From Dehalococcoidia bacterium (lineage in GTDB: Bacteria > Chloroflexota > Dehalococcoidia > Lucifugimonadales > UBA3495), in assembly GCA_965221385.1 (NCBI GenBank), contig OZ244885.1:2177334-2241333 (forward strand): 64,000 bases of DNA. The letters are read 5' to 3'. Both the position numbers and the translations under genes were made by a program. The notes beneath the pieces are model-generated. The model worked only from the letters and a program-made list of their open reading frames with translations, did not search any database and was not told where the DNA came from. Positions 34,126 to 43,996 of the stretch are shown here, one piece after another (position 1 is the stretch's first letter; every line of letters starts with the position of its first letter).

Positions 34126-37100
34126 ATGTCCTTTCTGCAATTGGCCTATACCATGGCGCGACGGAGAATCGCCACCGCCTGGCGGCTGGAACTGGTGCTC
34201 TTCCTGGGCATTCTCCTGTCGGTGGCCCTGTTGTCCAGCAGCGTAGTCTTCTCCGACCTGCTGGCCGAGGCGGCCCTGCGCCGAACCCTGCGGGAGGCCG
34301 ATGCCGGGGACGTCAACTTCTGGGTTCGTATCTTCATGAACCTGGAAGAGCCGACCATTTCCGCCCGGAGGGCTTCCATCTACCAATCCAGTACGGAGCT
34401 GGTGGATGACCGGGTGACCGCTAATTTCGAGCCCTACCTGGCCGACCACGCCCGGCTCCTGGAGACTTCCACCTTCTTCTACACGGGCGATTCCCGCTTC
34501 GACAGGGACCAGAACACCAGGCCCCGGGGCCGCATCCAGTTCATGACTCGGCTGTTCGACCCAGACCGCAGCCGACTGCTGGAGGGACGATGGCCCACCG
34601 GAGATTCGGCAGACGCCGATCAGCCCCTGGAGGTGGTGGTGGAGCGGGTGGGCACCGACCTGGTGGATATGTCGCTGGGTGAGGTAGTGGCCATTCATCC
34701 GGCAACGGGGAACACGGAGAGCAAGATCATCCACGCGCGCATTGTGGGCATCTTCGAGCGCATTGATCCGGAGGATGATTTCTGGTACGGGCGCAACCAT
34801 AACTTCAGCAATCACAATGGCGATTGGCCCACCGTGCCCATGTTCACCACCGAGGCCGCCATCCTCAACCGGGTGGCCACCGAGTACCCCGGCATCTACT
34901 CCAACGTAACCTGGATCTACGACCTGGACCGGCAGGGGTTCAGCTTCGACCAGGTGGACCAGGTACAGCAGACCATCCTCCGCATGCGGCAGGACTTGGT
35001 GGCCCGGCTGGATAACTCCACCATCTCAATGAGGTTGGACCGGCTGCTGGACGACTATTCGGAGCAGTTGGTCCTGTCCCGCATCCCCCTGTACCTGATG
35101 GTGTTCCTGGTGGTGGGGATACTGGCCTACTACCTGGCCCTGGTTTCGGCGCTGACCATCCGTTCCCGCAGTTCTGAAATCGCCATGCTGAAGAGCCGGG
35201 GGGCCACCACCTGGCAGGTGGGCCTGACCATTTTCGTGGAGGGGGTGTTGCTGGCCGTGCCGGCCGTGGCTGTCGGAACCCTGCTGGCGGCGCCCGTGGC
35301 CGGATTGCTGGGCAACCTCTTCTTCGATGTGCGGGGCGACGGCATCCTGATTGCCCTCTCCACCCGCGCCTTCCTGCTGGGAGCCGCCGGAGCGTTGCTG
35401 GCCGTGTCGGTACTGACCCTCTCCACCATGGTTGCGGCGCGCCAGAGCATCGTGGAGTTTCGCCAGGCGGGGGCACGTCCGGCCCGGGCGCCCCTGCTGC
35501 ACCGCTACTACCTGGACATTCTGTTGCTGGCGCTGATCGCCTTCATCTGGTGGCAAATTCAGAACCGCAGCGCCTTCCTGCTGCGGCCGGTGGGCCGAGG
35601 TGAGCTGGAGATAGACTTCACTCTCCTGGTGGGTCCCGTACTGGGATTGCTGGCCCTGGGGCTGATAGTCCTGCGGTTCTTCCCCCTGGCGGTGGCGCTG
35701 TTGGCCCGGCTGATGGAACCGGTGGGTCCAGTTTGGCTGGTCCAGGGCCTGCGACGGGTGGGCCGGGACCCGATAGCTCCGGGAAGCCTGGTGGTTTTAC
35801 TGATGCTGGCCACTGCCCTGGGGGTTATTGGCAGCGCCTTCGGTTCAACCCTGGAGCGGAGCCAGGAAGACCGGGCCCGCTACCAGGTGGGCGCCGACGT
35901 GCGAGTGACCCATACGGGTAACCGACTGCCGGTCTCCTCCCTGGGACTGGCGGATGTTGGTCTGCAAGACTTGCCTCAACTGGAGGTGGCCGAGGTCTCG
36001 CGCCTGACGGGCAACCTGCTGACCCAGGGTTTCAGCAGCGAGAGATTCGACCTTCTAGCGGTGGACAGTTCCCGGTTCGACCGGGTGGCCTGGTTCCGGC
36101 CCGATTTCGTGGAGGGCCAGTCCCTCTCCTCCCTGATGCGCCTGATTCAAACACCGCCGGGGTTGACCCAGGAACGGCAACCGGCGGAGCTGCAAATCTC
36201 GGCGGCGGCCTTGCCAGGAGGTGGAGCCGGGCTGCCGCTGCCCCCCGATGCCACCGGGCTTTCCCTGTGGGCCAACCCCAGTCAGCCCCGGGCGCGGCTG
36301 GCCATCGGGGCGCGACTGCGGGACGGCCAGGGATACACCTACGACACCCTGATCGGCGAGCCGACCGAGGCAGGGTGGCAGAAGATTACCGGCGACTTGG
36401 CGCCCCGGCCCACCCGCGCCAACCGGGAACCGCCGCCGGTGGAACCCCCCTTCACCCTGGTCAACCTTCAGGTCTTCAGCCGGTTTGGGCTGAGCGACCC
36501 GGGAGCGCTTTTCCTGGACGAATTGACGGCCGTAACCCCCGACGGCGAAACGACGCTCTTTGACTTCCAGTCCCTGGACGGTTGGGCAGTGGTGGAGGAC
36601 TACACCCGCCCCGGCCTCTATGCCCTGGAGTCCAGCCGGGCGGTCAGTCGGGCAGAGGGGCGCCAGTCGGCGGCCTACAGCTGGGCGCCGGGCGGAGTCA
36701 GCCTCCGGGCCATCCGGCCGGGGCCAGCCGATTCCCCCATAGCGGCCATCGTTTCGCCGAGAATCCTCGAATTGGCCGACGTTTCCGTTGGCGACGTGAT
36801 CAGCCTCGGCACTTCCAACATGGCATTTCCCATCAGGGTAGTGGCGGTGGCGGAATACTTCCCCACCCTCGATCCCCGGCAACGGCCCTTCATCATCGTG
36901 GACCTGGAAACCTTCAACCTGTACAGTGACCGGTTGGGAAGGCGGCCGGGGTCCGGCCCCAACGAGGTATGGGCCTCGGCGGTGGACGAGGGGATGGCGG
37001 CGGCGGAACTATCCCGAATCCTGTCTAAAATGGGTGTGACCGTAGAGCGTTCCCTCACCGCCTCGGAGGAAGTGCGGCTTCGGGTGGAGCAGCCCCTGGC

Positions 37101-37536
37101 CAACGCCAGTTGGGGCGGCCTGCTGGCGCTGATGTTCCTGGCCCTGGCGCTGGCCAGCGCCTCGGGCGTGATACTCTTTTCCTACGTGGATACGGGGGAG
37201 CGGCGCACCGAGTTCGCCCTGCTCCGCACCCTGGGTTCCTCCGCCGGGCAGGTGAACCGGATGGTTTGGTTCAACCTGCTGCTGATGGTGGTATGCGGGG
37301 TGGCCCTGGGTACCTGGGCCGGCCAGCAGATTGGCGTAACCCTGCTGCCGGTGCTGGAGGTGTCCGAGGGCGGAGTGCGGGTCACGCCGCCCATGTCCCT
37401 CCAGACCAACTGGATAACCCTGCTGGTCGCCTACCTGGCCCTGGCCGCCGTTGCCCTGGCCAACGTGGCGTGGCTGGCCTGGTTCACCGGAAGGTTGAAT
37501 ATCCAGCAGGTGCTTCGGGCCGGCGAGGCGGGATGA
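34126..37536 (+). CDS. FtsX/MacB-family ABC permease, paralog of P1 (P2)
   Basis: Collinear with P1 (KSRGATTWQV, HRYYLDILLLALIAFIWWQ, LRTLGSSAGQV). GAGGAAG RBS. Confidence 0.8.
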   Translation: MSFLQLAYTMARRRIATAWRLELVLFLGILLSVALLSSSVVFSDLLAEAALRRTLREADAGDVNFWVRIFMNLEEPTISARRASIYQSSTELVDDRVTANFEPYLADHARLLETSTFFYTGDSRFDRDQNTRPRGRIQFMTRLFDPDRSRLLEGRWPTGDSADADQPLEVVVERVGTDLVDMSLGEVVAIHPATGNTESKIIHARIVGIFERIDPEDDFWYGRNHNFSNHNGDWPTVPMFTTEAAILNRVATEYPGIYSNVTWIYDLDRQGFSFDQVDQVQQTILRMRQDLVARLDNSTISMRLDRLLDDYSEQLVLSRIPLYLMVFLVVGILAYYLALVSALTIRSRSSEIAMLKSRGATTWQVGLTIFVEGVLLAVPAVAVGTLLAAPVAGLLGNLFFDVRGDGILIALSTRAFLLGAAGALLAVSVLTLSTMVAARQSIVEFRQAGARPARAPLLHRYYLDILLLALIAFIWWQIQNRSAFLLRPVGRGELEIDFTLLVGPVLGLLALGLIVLRFFPLAVALLARLMEPVGPVWLVQGLRRVGRDPIAPGSLVVLLMLATALGVIGSAFGSTLERSQEDRARYQVGADVRVTHTGNRLPVSSLGLADVGLQDLPQLEVAEVSRLTGNLLTQGFSSERFDLLAVDSSRFDRVAWFRPDFVEGQSLSSLMRLIQTPPGLTQERQPAELQISAAALPGGGAGLPLPPDATGLSLWANPSQPRARLAIGARLRDGQGYTYDTLIGEPTEAGWQKITGDLAPRPTRANREPPPVEPPFTLVNLQVFSRFGLSDPGALFLDELTAVTPDGETTLFDFQSLDGWAVVEDYTRPGLYALESSRAVSRAEGRQSAAYSWAPGGVSLRAIRPGPADSPIAAIVSPRILELADVSVGDVISLGTSNMAFPIRVVAVAEYFPTLDPRQRPFIIVDLETFNLYSDRLGRRPGSGPNEVWASAVDEGMAAAELSRILSKMGVTVERSLTASEEVRLRVEQPLANASWGGLLALMFLALALASASGVILFSYVDTGERRTEFALLRTLGSSAGQVNRMVWFNLLLMVVCGVALGTWAGQQIGVTLLPVLEVSEGGVRVTPPMSLQTNWITLLVAYLALAAVALANVAWLAWFTGRLNIQQVLRAGEAG

Positions 37537-37654
37537 GCTTGGCTGCCCTTGGGAACTGGCGGCCGCCCCAAATCTGTTGGCGTTTGCCGGTATTGACTGA
37601 TTTTTTGGCGCATCAATTGGGATTCGTTCATTCATATCATTAAGGGAAGATTCA

Positions 37655-38836
37655 ATGGCGACAGTAGGGATACAAGGTTCCTCCTCCACCCCTGGCCAGC
37701 CCTTTCCCGTACCGGCTCCCGGAGGGGATGGTCATGCTCTGCCATACGTGGAATGCCGGGACCTGTTCAAGATATTCAAGCTGGCCGACCTGGAAGTGGT
37801 GGCCCTGCGGGGGGTTGACCTGGAAATTGGCTCCGGAGAAGTTACCGCCATCGTGGGAGCCAGTGGCAGCGGCAAGACTACCCTGCTCAACATCTTGGCC
37901 GGCCTGGAGCGGCCCTCGGCGGGACAGGTGCGCGTGGGCGACCGGGACTTGCTGAACATTTCCGACCGGGAACTGGTCATCTACCGGCGGCAGGAGGTGG
38001 GGTTCGTGTGGCAATCCACCTCCCGCAACCTGGTGCCCTACCTGAACGTGCGGGACAATATTGAACTGCCAATGGCCATCGCCAAGATGCCCCGGTCGCA
38101 ACGGCGCCAGCGCAGCGGGGAACTGTTGGCCGCCATGCAAATGGAGGACAAGGCCCACCGCTTTCCGCATCAGCTCTCCGGGGGAGAACAGCAGCGCGTG
38201 GCCATCGGGGTGGCCCTGGCCAATCGCCCGCCCCTGTTGCTGGCGGACGAACCCACCGGCGAACTGGATAACCAGATGGCCGACCAGATTTTCGATCTGC
38301 TGCAGGAGATGAACCGCACCTTCGGCGTGACGGTGGTGGTTGTAACCCACTACCCCGGCGTCGCTCGCCACGTCAACCGGGTGGTTCACATTCGGGACGG
38401 GCGCATCAGCGCAGAGAGTTTCATGCAAACCACCTATCGCCGCCCGGGAGACCTGGTTCAGCAGGAATTCCTGGTGGTGGACCGGGTGGGCCGCTTGCAA
38501 CTGCCCCCCGACCAGGTGGAGCAGCTGCGCCGCAGCGGCCTGGTGGGCTTGGCCTCTTCCGACTATCTGGATGGCCAGGTGGCGATTAGGCCGGCGGGGA
38601 GGCCCGACGTTGCGCCGGCTCCGGTCCCGACGGGGTCGGTTTCACCGGAGTCCCCCCAACCAATCGTCCAGGAATCGCCGCAACAGTCGGCACCGGCAAC
38701 CCCGTTGGGGGTCAACGGGCCGGAAGGGGAAACCATGCCTCAGGGGGAGGCCCCGGTCGTCCCGGAATCGGATCCCCATGCCATGTTCCGCCGACCGACG
38801 CCAAATGTTGAAACCGGTGGGGAAGGCGATTCCTGA
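37655..38836 (+). CDS. ABC transporter ATP-binding protein (MacB/LolD type) with AbrB-like segment and Pro/Glu-rich tail (A1)
   Basis: Walker A GASGSGKTT, signature [11 protein letters not shown] and Walker [13 protein letters not shown]. Carries about 140 extra C-terminal residues. Confidence 0.85.
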   Translation: MATVGIQGSSSTPGQPFPVPAPGGDGHALPYVECRDLFKIFKLADLEVVALRGVDLEIGSGEVTAIVGASGSGKTTLLNILAGLERPSAGQVRVGDRDLLNISDRELVIYRRQEVGFVWQSTSRNLVPYLNVRDNIELPMAIAKMPRSQRRQRSGELLAAMQMEDKAHRFPHQLSGGEQQRVAIGVALANRPPLLLADEPTGELDNQMADQIFDLLQEMNRTFGVTVVVVTHYPGVARHVNRVVHIRDGRISAESFMQTTYRRPGDLVQQEFLVVDRVGRLQLPPDQVEQLRRSGLVGLASSDYLDGQVAIRPAGRPDVAPAPVPTGSVSPESPQPIVQESPQQSAPATPLGVNGPEGETMPQGEAPVVPESDPHAMFRRPTPNVETGGEGDS

Positions 38837-38912
38837 CTCCATGCCATGACAATCCGGCCCGGCCCTTCGCTTCTGAATTGAAGAGGGCAGCAGCCCCAGG
38901 AGACGTATATCG

Positions 38913-39662
38913 ATGAATCGGCCTACCTACGCAGGAACCCGTCCCGACGCTCCCTCCCCGGATGCGCCCATCCCCGCCGGCTGCGTAATTTCGGCCCGGG
39001 GCCTGACCAAGGTGTTCGGCGCGGATGATCAGGCGGTGGCCGCGGTTAACGGGGTGGATCTGGACATCATGCCCGGTGAGTTCCTGGCGGTTACGGGCCG
39101 TTCCGGATCGGGCAAGACCACCCTGCTGAACCTGCTGGCCGGTCTGGACCTGCCCAGTTCGGGCCGGGTGGTCTTCGAGGGCAGCAACTTGGCCGAGTTC
39201 TCCGAGGCCGACCTGGTCAATTTGCGCCGCACCCGCATCGCCTTTGTCTTCCAGTCCTTTGGGCTTATTCCCCTGCTCTCGGCCTTCGAGAACGTGGAAC
39301 TGCCCCTGCACATTGGCGGCGCCGGCTGGCGGGAACGCCGGCAGCGAGCTTCGGAAGCGTTGGAATTGGTGGGATTGGGTTCCCGTACCGGCCATCGCCC
39401 CTATGAACTTTCCGGCGGTGAGCAGCAGCGGGTGGCCATTGCCCGGGCCCTGGTAACCGGGCCGTCGGTGCTGTTCGCCGACGAACCCACCGGGGAATTG
39501 GACAGCGTTACCGGCATCTCCATCGCCACCATCCTGCGGGACATCGCCCGGGAGCGGGGGGTAACCGTCATTACCGCCACCCACGACCTGGCGCTGGCCG
39601 GGATGGGCAGCCGCCGGGTGGAGATGGCCGACGGGGTTCTAACCAGCCAGGACGAGCAGTGA
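38913..39662 (+). CDS. ABC transporter ATP-binding protein (MacB/LolD type) (A2)
   Basis: Walker [10 protein letters not shown], signature [11 protein letters not shown] and Walker [13 protein letters not shown]. Confidence 0.9.
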   Translation: MNRPTYAGTRPDAPSPDAPIPAGCVISARGLTKVFGADDQAVAAVNGVDLDIMPGEFLAVTGRSGSGKTTLLNLLAGLDLPSSGRVVFEGSNLAEFSEADLVNLRRTRIAFVFQSFGLIPLLSAFENVELPLHIGGAGWRERRQRASEALELVGLGSRTGHRPYELSGGEQQRVAIARALVTGPSVLFADEPTGELDSVTGISIATILRDIARERGVTVITATHDLALAGMGSRRVEMADGVLTSQDEQ

Positions 39663-39811
39663 GGGATAGCAGTGAGGATTATCGGTGGCTGGGTTGGCCC
39701 GGTTCGCCCCCAGTCTAAGCTGTTGCCTGCGACCTGGCTTTCTTGCCTTCCCACTGGCGGTATGATAGATTGTGAGATAATGACTATCCTCTCTGTAGAA
39801 AGGAGAATTTA

Positions 39812-39997
39812 ATGGCCTTTGTAACTCCCCGTGAAGGCGAAAGCCCGGAAAGCCTGGTGAACCGGTTCCGCGCATCGGTGCAGCACGCCGGCATCCTGCG
39901 CGAGTTGAAGGACCGCCGGTTCTTCCGTTCCAAGGCCCAGAAGGAACGCTTAGCCGCCCAGCGCGCCGCGCGCCGCCGCCGCCGCCAGCGCCGGTAG
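39812..39997 (+). CDS. rpsU: 30S ribosomal protein S21
   Basis: ..ESLVNRFRASVQHAGILRELKDRRFF..K.. with a basic tail. AAGGAGAA RBS. Confidence 0.9.
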   Translation: MAFVTPREGESPESLVNRFRASVQHAGILRELKDRRFFRSKAQKERLAAQRAARRRRRQRR

Positions 39998-40036
39998 GTC
40001 CCGACCCCCTCGGAATATTCAGCGCCTTGGTGAAAT

Positions 40037-40060
40037 GGCCCGTTTCGCGGGCCGTTTTTT
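40037..40060 (+). terminator. rho-independent terminator of rpsU
   Basis: GGCCCG-TTTCG-CGGGCC followed by GTTTTTT. Confidence 0.75.
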
Positions 40061-40142
40061 CGTTGGAATATTGGTTCCATTGCCATGTCCCAAATTCCAC
40101 GACCCGTTCCCCTGACCCATTACTGCGCCAGGAGGTGGCCCG

Positions 40143-41336
40143 TTGACCCGATCGCGCACCGCCATCAACGACACCCTGAATGCCTTTGTGCCCGGTGACG
40201 ATACCTGGCTGTCGGGTGGCGACGGCCCTCTGCAGGGATTGACCTTCGCCGCCAAGGACATTTTCGACGTGGTGGGAAAAGTCACCGGGGCGGGCAACCC
40301 CGCGTGGGCTGCCACCCACACTCCGGCGGAGGCCAACGCCTGGGTGGTGCAGCAGCTATTGGACGCCGGGGCGGAACTGGTGGGCAAGACCATCACCGAC
40401 GAACTTACCCGCGGCATCTTCGGGGAAAACGTTCACTACGGAACACCGGTCAATCCCCGCGCGCCCGGTCGGGTGCCGGGCGGTTCATCCAGCGGCTCGG
40501 CCGCCGCCGTAGCCGGGGGGTTGGTGGATTTTGCCCTGGGCTCCGATACCGGTGGGTCGGTGCGGGTTCCGGCCAGCTTTTGCGGTCTGTACGGCCTGCG
40601 CCCCACCCATGGGCGCATCCCCAGGGCGGGAATGCTGCTGCAGGCTCCCAGCTACGACACCATCGGCTGGTTTGCCCGCGACCCCGATACTTTCCACCGG
40701 GTGGGGGAGATCCTGTTAGATTCAAGCGGCGACCCGACCGTGCCGTCCCACCTGGTCATCGCCGAGGACGCCTTCGATCTGGCCGAACCGGAAACCCGGA
40801 CCGTGTTGATGGCGGCAGTCGAAGCCATCGCGGGCCAATTCCAATCTGTCGTCACGGTACGGCTGTCGCCCACCGACCTGACCGACTGGTCCAACCAGCA
40901 GCAGATCCTCCAGAGCCGGGAGGCGTGGGAAGCCGTAAGAGAATGGATTGACCAGGTGAACCCGGCCTTCAGTTTCGAGGTCTCTGACCGGTACGTAATG
41001 GCCCGGGCCGTTACCGACGAACAGGTGGCGGCGGCCCAACTGCGTCGCGAGGAAATAGTAGCCCGGGTCAACGAGGTTTTCCGGGAAGGAGGCCGGGTGG
41101 TTTGCCTGCCCACCACCATCGGCCCGGCGCCGCCCAAGGGTCAGGCAGTTTCCCAGCGCCACCAATTGCGGCTCCGAAACAGCGCCCTAACCTCCATCGC
41201 TGGCAACACGGGCCGGCCGCAGATCACGCTGCCCCTGATCGAGGTTGATGGGCTTCCCGTGGGCCTGTCCTTCCTGGGGGACCGGGGTTCGGACGTGGGG
41301 TTGATTGCATTGGCGAGGAAGGTCGCCGAGGGTTAG
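40143..41336 (+). CDS. amidase (amidase-signature family)
   Basis: GGSSSGSAAAVAGG..GSDTGGSVRVPASFCG signature. TTG start after GGAGGTGG. Confidence 0.85.
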   Translation: MTRSRTAINDTLNAFVPGDDTWLSGGDGPLQGLTFAAKDIFDVVGKVTGAGNPAWAATHTPAEANAWVVQQLLDAGAELVGKTITDELTRGIFGENVHYGTPVNPRAPGRVPGGSSSGSAAAVAGGLVDFALGSDTGGSVRVPASFCGLYGLRPTHGRIPRAGMLLQAPSYDTIGWFARDPDTFHRVGEILLDSSGDPTVPSHLVIAEDAFDLAEPETRTVLMAAVEAIAGQFQSVVTVRLSPTDLTDWSNQQQILQSREAWEAVREWIDQVNPAFSFEVSDRYVMARAVTDEQVAAAQLRREEIVARVNEVFREGGRVVCLPTTIGPAPPKGQAVSQRHQLRLRNSALTSIAGNTGRPQITLPLIEVDGLPVGLSFLGDRGSDVGLIALARKVAEG

Positions 41337-41386
41337 ATTGGACAAGGCAGAAAGGGTCGGCAGTCATGGTTTACGATGCAGACGGA

Positions 41387-41644
41387 TCAGGGCAGAAAGT
41401 CTTCGTTGCGGTCGTGAAGGAAGCGCGAGTAGTCACCCCTCTGGGCCGCTTCCGCATCCGCGCGATGCCTGGCGTCCCGCCGGGGCCGTATTCTCCCTCC
41501 CGCCAGGGACAGGAAGATTATGAGGGCGACGGCAACCACAAAGATTGCTATCAGGAAGGGCAGGTAGTACAGGGCAAGCGTAGAGCCCACAACCAGCCCC
41601 ATTCCCACCAAGGCCAACGCAAGCAATTTGGTTCTTGGTTTCAT
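41387..41644 (-). CDS. small membrane protein (85 aa, two TM helices)
   Basis: Start moved to ATG 41644. MKPRTKLLALALVGMGLVV..FLIAIFVVAVALIIFL, followed by a charged tail. Confidence 0.45.
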   Translation of the reverse strand: MKPRTKLLALALVGMGLVVGSTLALYYLPFLIAIFVVAVALIIFLSLAGGRIRPRRDARHRADAEAAQRGDYSRFLHDRNEDFLP

Positions 41645-41809
41645 CAGTCTCTCACCACCTGAAACACTGGGGCTTCCGAATCCGATTGTATTTGACAGAG
41701 GCCCCGCCCAATGATAGATTGGTTCAAGAATTATCAACAGACCGGATGATTACATTAGGGATGAGCCGACGGCTGTTGGCCGGGCGCAGTTGTCCCCGGG
41801 AGGAATGAA

Positions 41810-42124
41810 TTGCCCCGCTACGATTACCAGTGTACCAGCTGCGACCTCCAGTTTGAACTAGTCCAGAGTTTCAAGGATGCCGGTTCCGGTACCTGCCCCG
41901 AATGCTCCGGAGAAGGGCGCCGGGTGTTCCACGCCGTCCCCGTTATCTACAAGGGTTCCGGCTTCTACACCACCGACTACGGGCGTCCCAAGTCTCCTCC
42001 GCCCGAAACCAAGGAGAAGGACAGTTCCCCGTCGGAAAGCAAATCTTCCAGTTCATCCAGCGACTCCTCTTCGGAGTCCAAGAGCGACTCCACCACGGCG
42101 GCTCCCGCCGAGACCACTGCGTAA
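41810..42124 (+). CDS. FmdB-family zinc-ribbon protein with Ser-rich tail
   Basis: MPRYDYQCTSC..CPECSG CxxC..CxxC ribbon. TTG start after GGAGGAATGAA. Confidence 0.8.
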   Translation: MPRYDYQCTSCDLQFELVQSFKDAGSGTCPECSGEGRRVFHAVPVIYKGSGFYTTDYGRPKSPPPETKEKDSSPSESKSSSSSSDSSSESKSDSTTAAPAETTA

Positions 42125-42149
42125 GTATTACGGCCCGAAAACGTGAGCG

Positions 42150-42200
42150 CGCACAACCAGGCCCGGGGAAACCGATGGGTCCGGTTGTGCGGGCGATTCT
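42150..42200 (+). terminator. hairpin plus T-rich tract after the zinc-ribbon gene
   Basis: CGCACAACC..GGTTGTGCG (9-bp stem, structured loop) followed by GGCGATTCTTTTCTG. Confidence 0.45.
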
Positions 42201-42228
42201 TTTCTGAAACGCCGGTGGCAGGTTAGGT

Positions 42229-42690
42229 TTGAGGCTGTTGCTCCAGAGGGTAAATCACGCCTCGGTCACGGTGAACGACCATGAAGTTGGGCGCATTGGC
42301 CCGGGACTGGTTGGCCTGCTCGGCGTGTGCACGGAGGATGACGAGGCCGACGCCCAGTACCTGGTGGAGAAGACGGTCAACCTGCGTGTGTTCCCCGACG
42401 ACCGCAACCGTTTTGACCTGTCCGCTAATGACGTAAACGCCCAATTGTTGGTGGTGAGCCAGTTCACCCTGTACGGGGATACTCGCAAGGGCCGCCGTCC
42501 CGACTTCACCAATGCCGCACCGCCGGAGCAGGCGCGCCGGCTGTACGAACACGCGGTTTCGCTGTTCCGCGCCACCGGCCTGACCGTGGCCACCGGAGTT
42601 TTCCAGGAATACATGCAGCTGACGTTGCAGAACGACGGCCCCGTTACCATCATGCTGGACAGCGCCGACCGCCACCGGCCCCGAAGGTAG
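42229..42690 (+). CDS. dtd: D-aminoacyl-tRNA deacylase
   Basis: MRLLLQRV..VVSQFTL.GD..KG.RP.F is canonical Dtd. Confidence 0.9.
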   Translation: MRLLLQRVNHASVTVNDHEVGRIGPGLVGLLGVCTEDDEADAQYLVEKTVNLRVFPDDRNRFDLSANDVNAQLLVVSQFTLYGDTRKGRRPDFTNAAPPEQARRLYEHAVSLFRATGLTVATGVFQEYMQLTLQNDGPVTIMLDSADRHRPRR

Positions 42691-42799
42691 GGGCGGGTAT
42701 TCAGTTAACCCCGGTACGTCATTGGCCGGTCAACCCGATCGCCCCTTCCTTGTAATTCCGTGCGCCCCTCTTTCTGCCATCCCGCAGCTCCTCTTGTTT

Positions 42800-43297
42800 G
42801 TCATTCCGAGCGACAGCCGAGGAATCCCAACGGCGCCCACCCAACCAACCTTGCCATCCCGCAGCCCCCCAGGACTGTCATTCCGAGCGACAGCCGAGGA
42901 ATCCCAACGGCGCCCACCCAACCAACCTTGCCATCCCGCAGCCCCCCAGGACTGTCATTCCGAGCGACAGCCGAGGAATCCCAACGGCGCCCACCCAACC
43001 AACCTTGCCATCCCGCAGCCCCCCAGGACTGTCATTCCGAGCGACAGCCGAGGAATCCCAACGGTGCGGGGGGAACGGAGTCGCGGAGCAGGAAGCCCGC
43101 TTGCCTCCCTACCGTTGGGATTCCTCGGCTGTCGCTCGGAATGACAGGCGCGGTTGGTTGGTGGTGGGTGGAGTGATAGCCCCCGTACGGTTTGGGATTC
43201 CTCGAAGGGCTTGGAATGACAGGCGCGGTTGGTTGGTGGTGGGTGGAGTGATAGCCCCCGCACGGATGGGGATTCCTTGGCTGTCGCTCGGAATGAC
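42800..43297. repeat. Family-A array A6: four forward 77-bp units, then three reverse 75-77-bp units
   Basis: Forward cores at 42800, 42877, 42954 and 43031. Reverse cores end at 43145, 43220 and 43297. Confidence 0.95.
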
Positions 43298-43368
43298 AGG
43301 CTTGGGGGGATGCGGCACGAAGCATGACTGAGGGGTGTGGTTGCGTGGCCCTTAGGCGGGCGTTGTCC

Positions 43369-43396
43369 GTAGGGGCGCACGACTTTGCGCCCCTAC
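43369..43396. repeat. Family-B palindrome (variant loop)
   Basis: GTAGGGGCGCA-CGACTT-TGCGCCCCTAC. Lies 50 nt past the DinB-family gene stop. Confidence 0.85.
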
Positions 43397-43445
43397 CCCA
43401 CCAGGCAGCCATACATCCCGTCTGTTCCTGAGAGAGGTCGTGGTA

Positions 43446-43976
43446 CTAGCGCGGGTACCAGCCCATTCCCTGGTAATAGCCTCGCAGGTAGGCGATTTGG
43501 CCGCCGTGGGCCACGTTGTCCCAGGTTCGCTGACCGATGGCGGCGCCCACCGAGCGGGGTTCGGTAATCGGGGGAATAACGATGGGCCTTTCCAGTTCCT
43601 CCAGGGTTACGGTGGACAGGTATTGCAACGCCTGGGCCTTTACTGCCTTGTAGTAGCCCAACTGCACGTCCACCGGCGGCGCCCGCCAGGCGGCCACCTG
43701 CTCTGCCGACCAGCCCACGCCCCGCTGGTCGGGATCGGCGGGCATGCCGAACTTCTCATGCCAGCCGTCCCGAATCCACAGTTGCGGCGTTTCCAGCAGC
43801 CAGATGTTCAACAGGGCGTCCCAAACCCGGTTCATGTGCCAGAGAATCCAGGAAACCGAGTTGGAGGAGTCATTGGGACGCCGGGCCATGGTCTCGTAGT
43901 CCATGCCCTCCAACGCCCGGTCCACCATGTCCCAGTTGCGTTCCAGGGCGGTAACGATTCCGTCCGTGACGGCCAT
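43446..43976 (-). CDS. DinB-family (DinB_2) four-helix-bundle protein
   Basis: ..SVSWILWHMNRVWD..H.GQIAYLRG.. is the DinB-like His pattern. AAGGAG RBS. Confidence 0.7.
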   Translation of the reverse strand: MAVTDGIVTALERNWDMVDRALEGMDYETMARRPNDSSNSVSWILWHMNRVWDALLNIWLLETPQLWIRDGWHEKFGMPADPDQRGVGWSAEQVAAWRAPPVDVQLGYYKAVKAQALQYLSTVTLEELERPIVIPPITEPRSVGAAIGQRTWDNVAHGGQIAYLRGYYQGMGWYPR

Positions 43977-43996
43977 GACAGGACTCCTTGCTAAAG

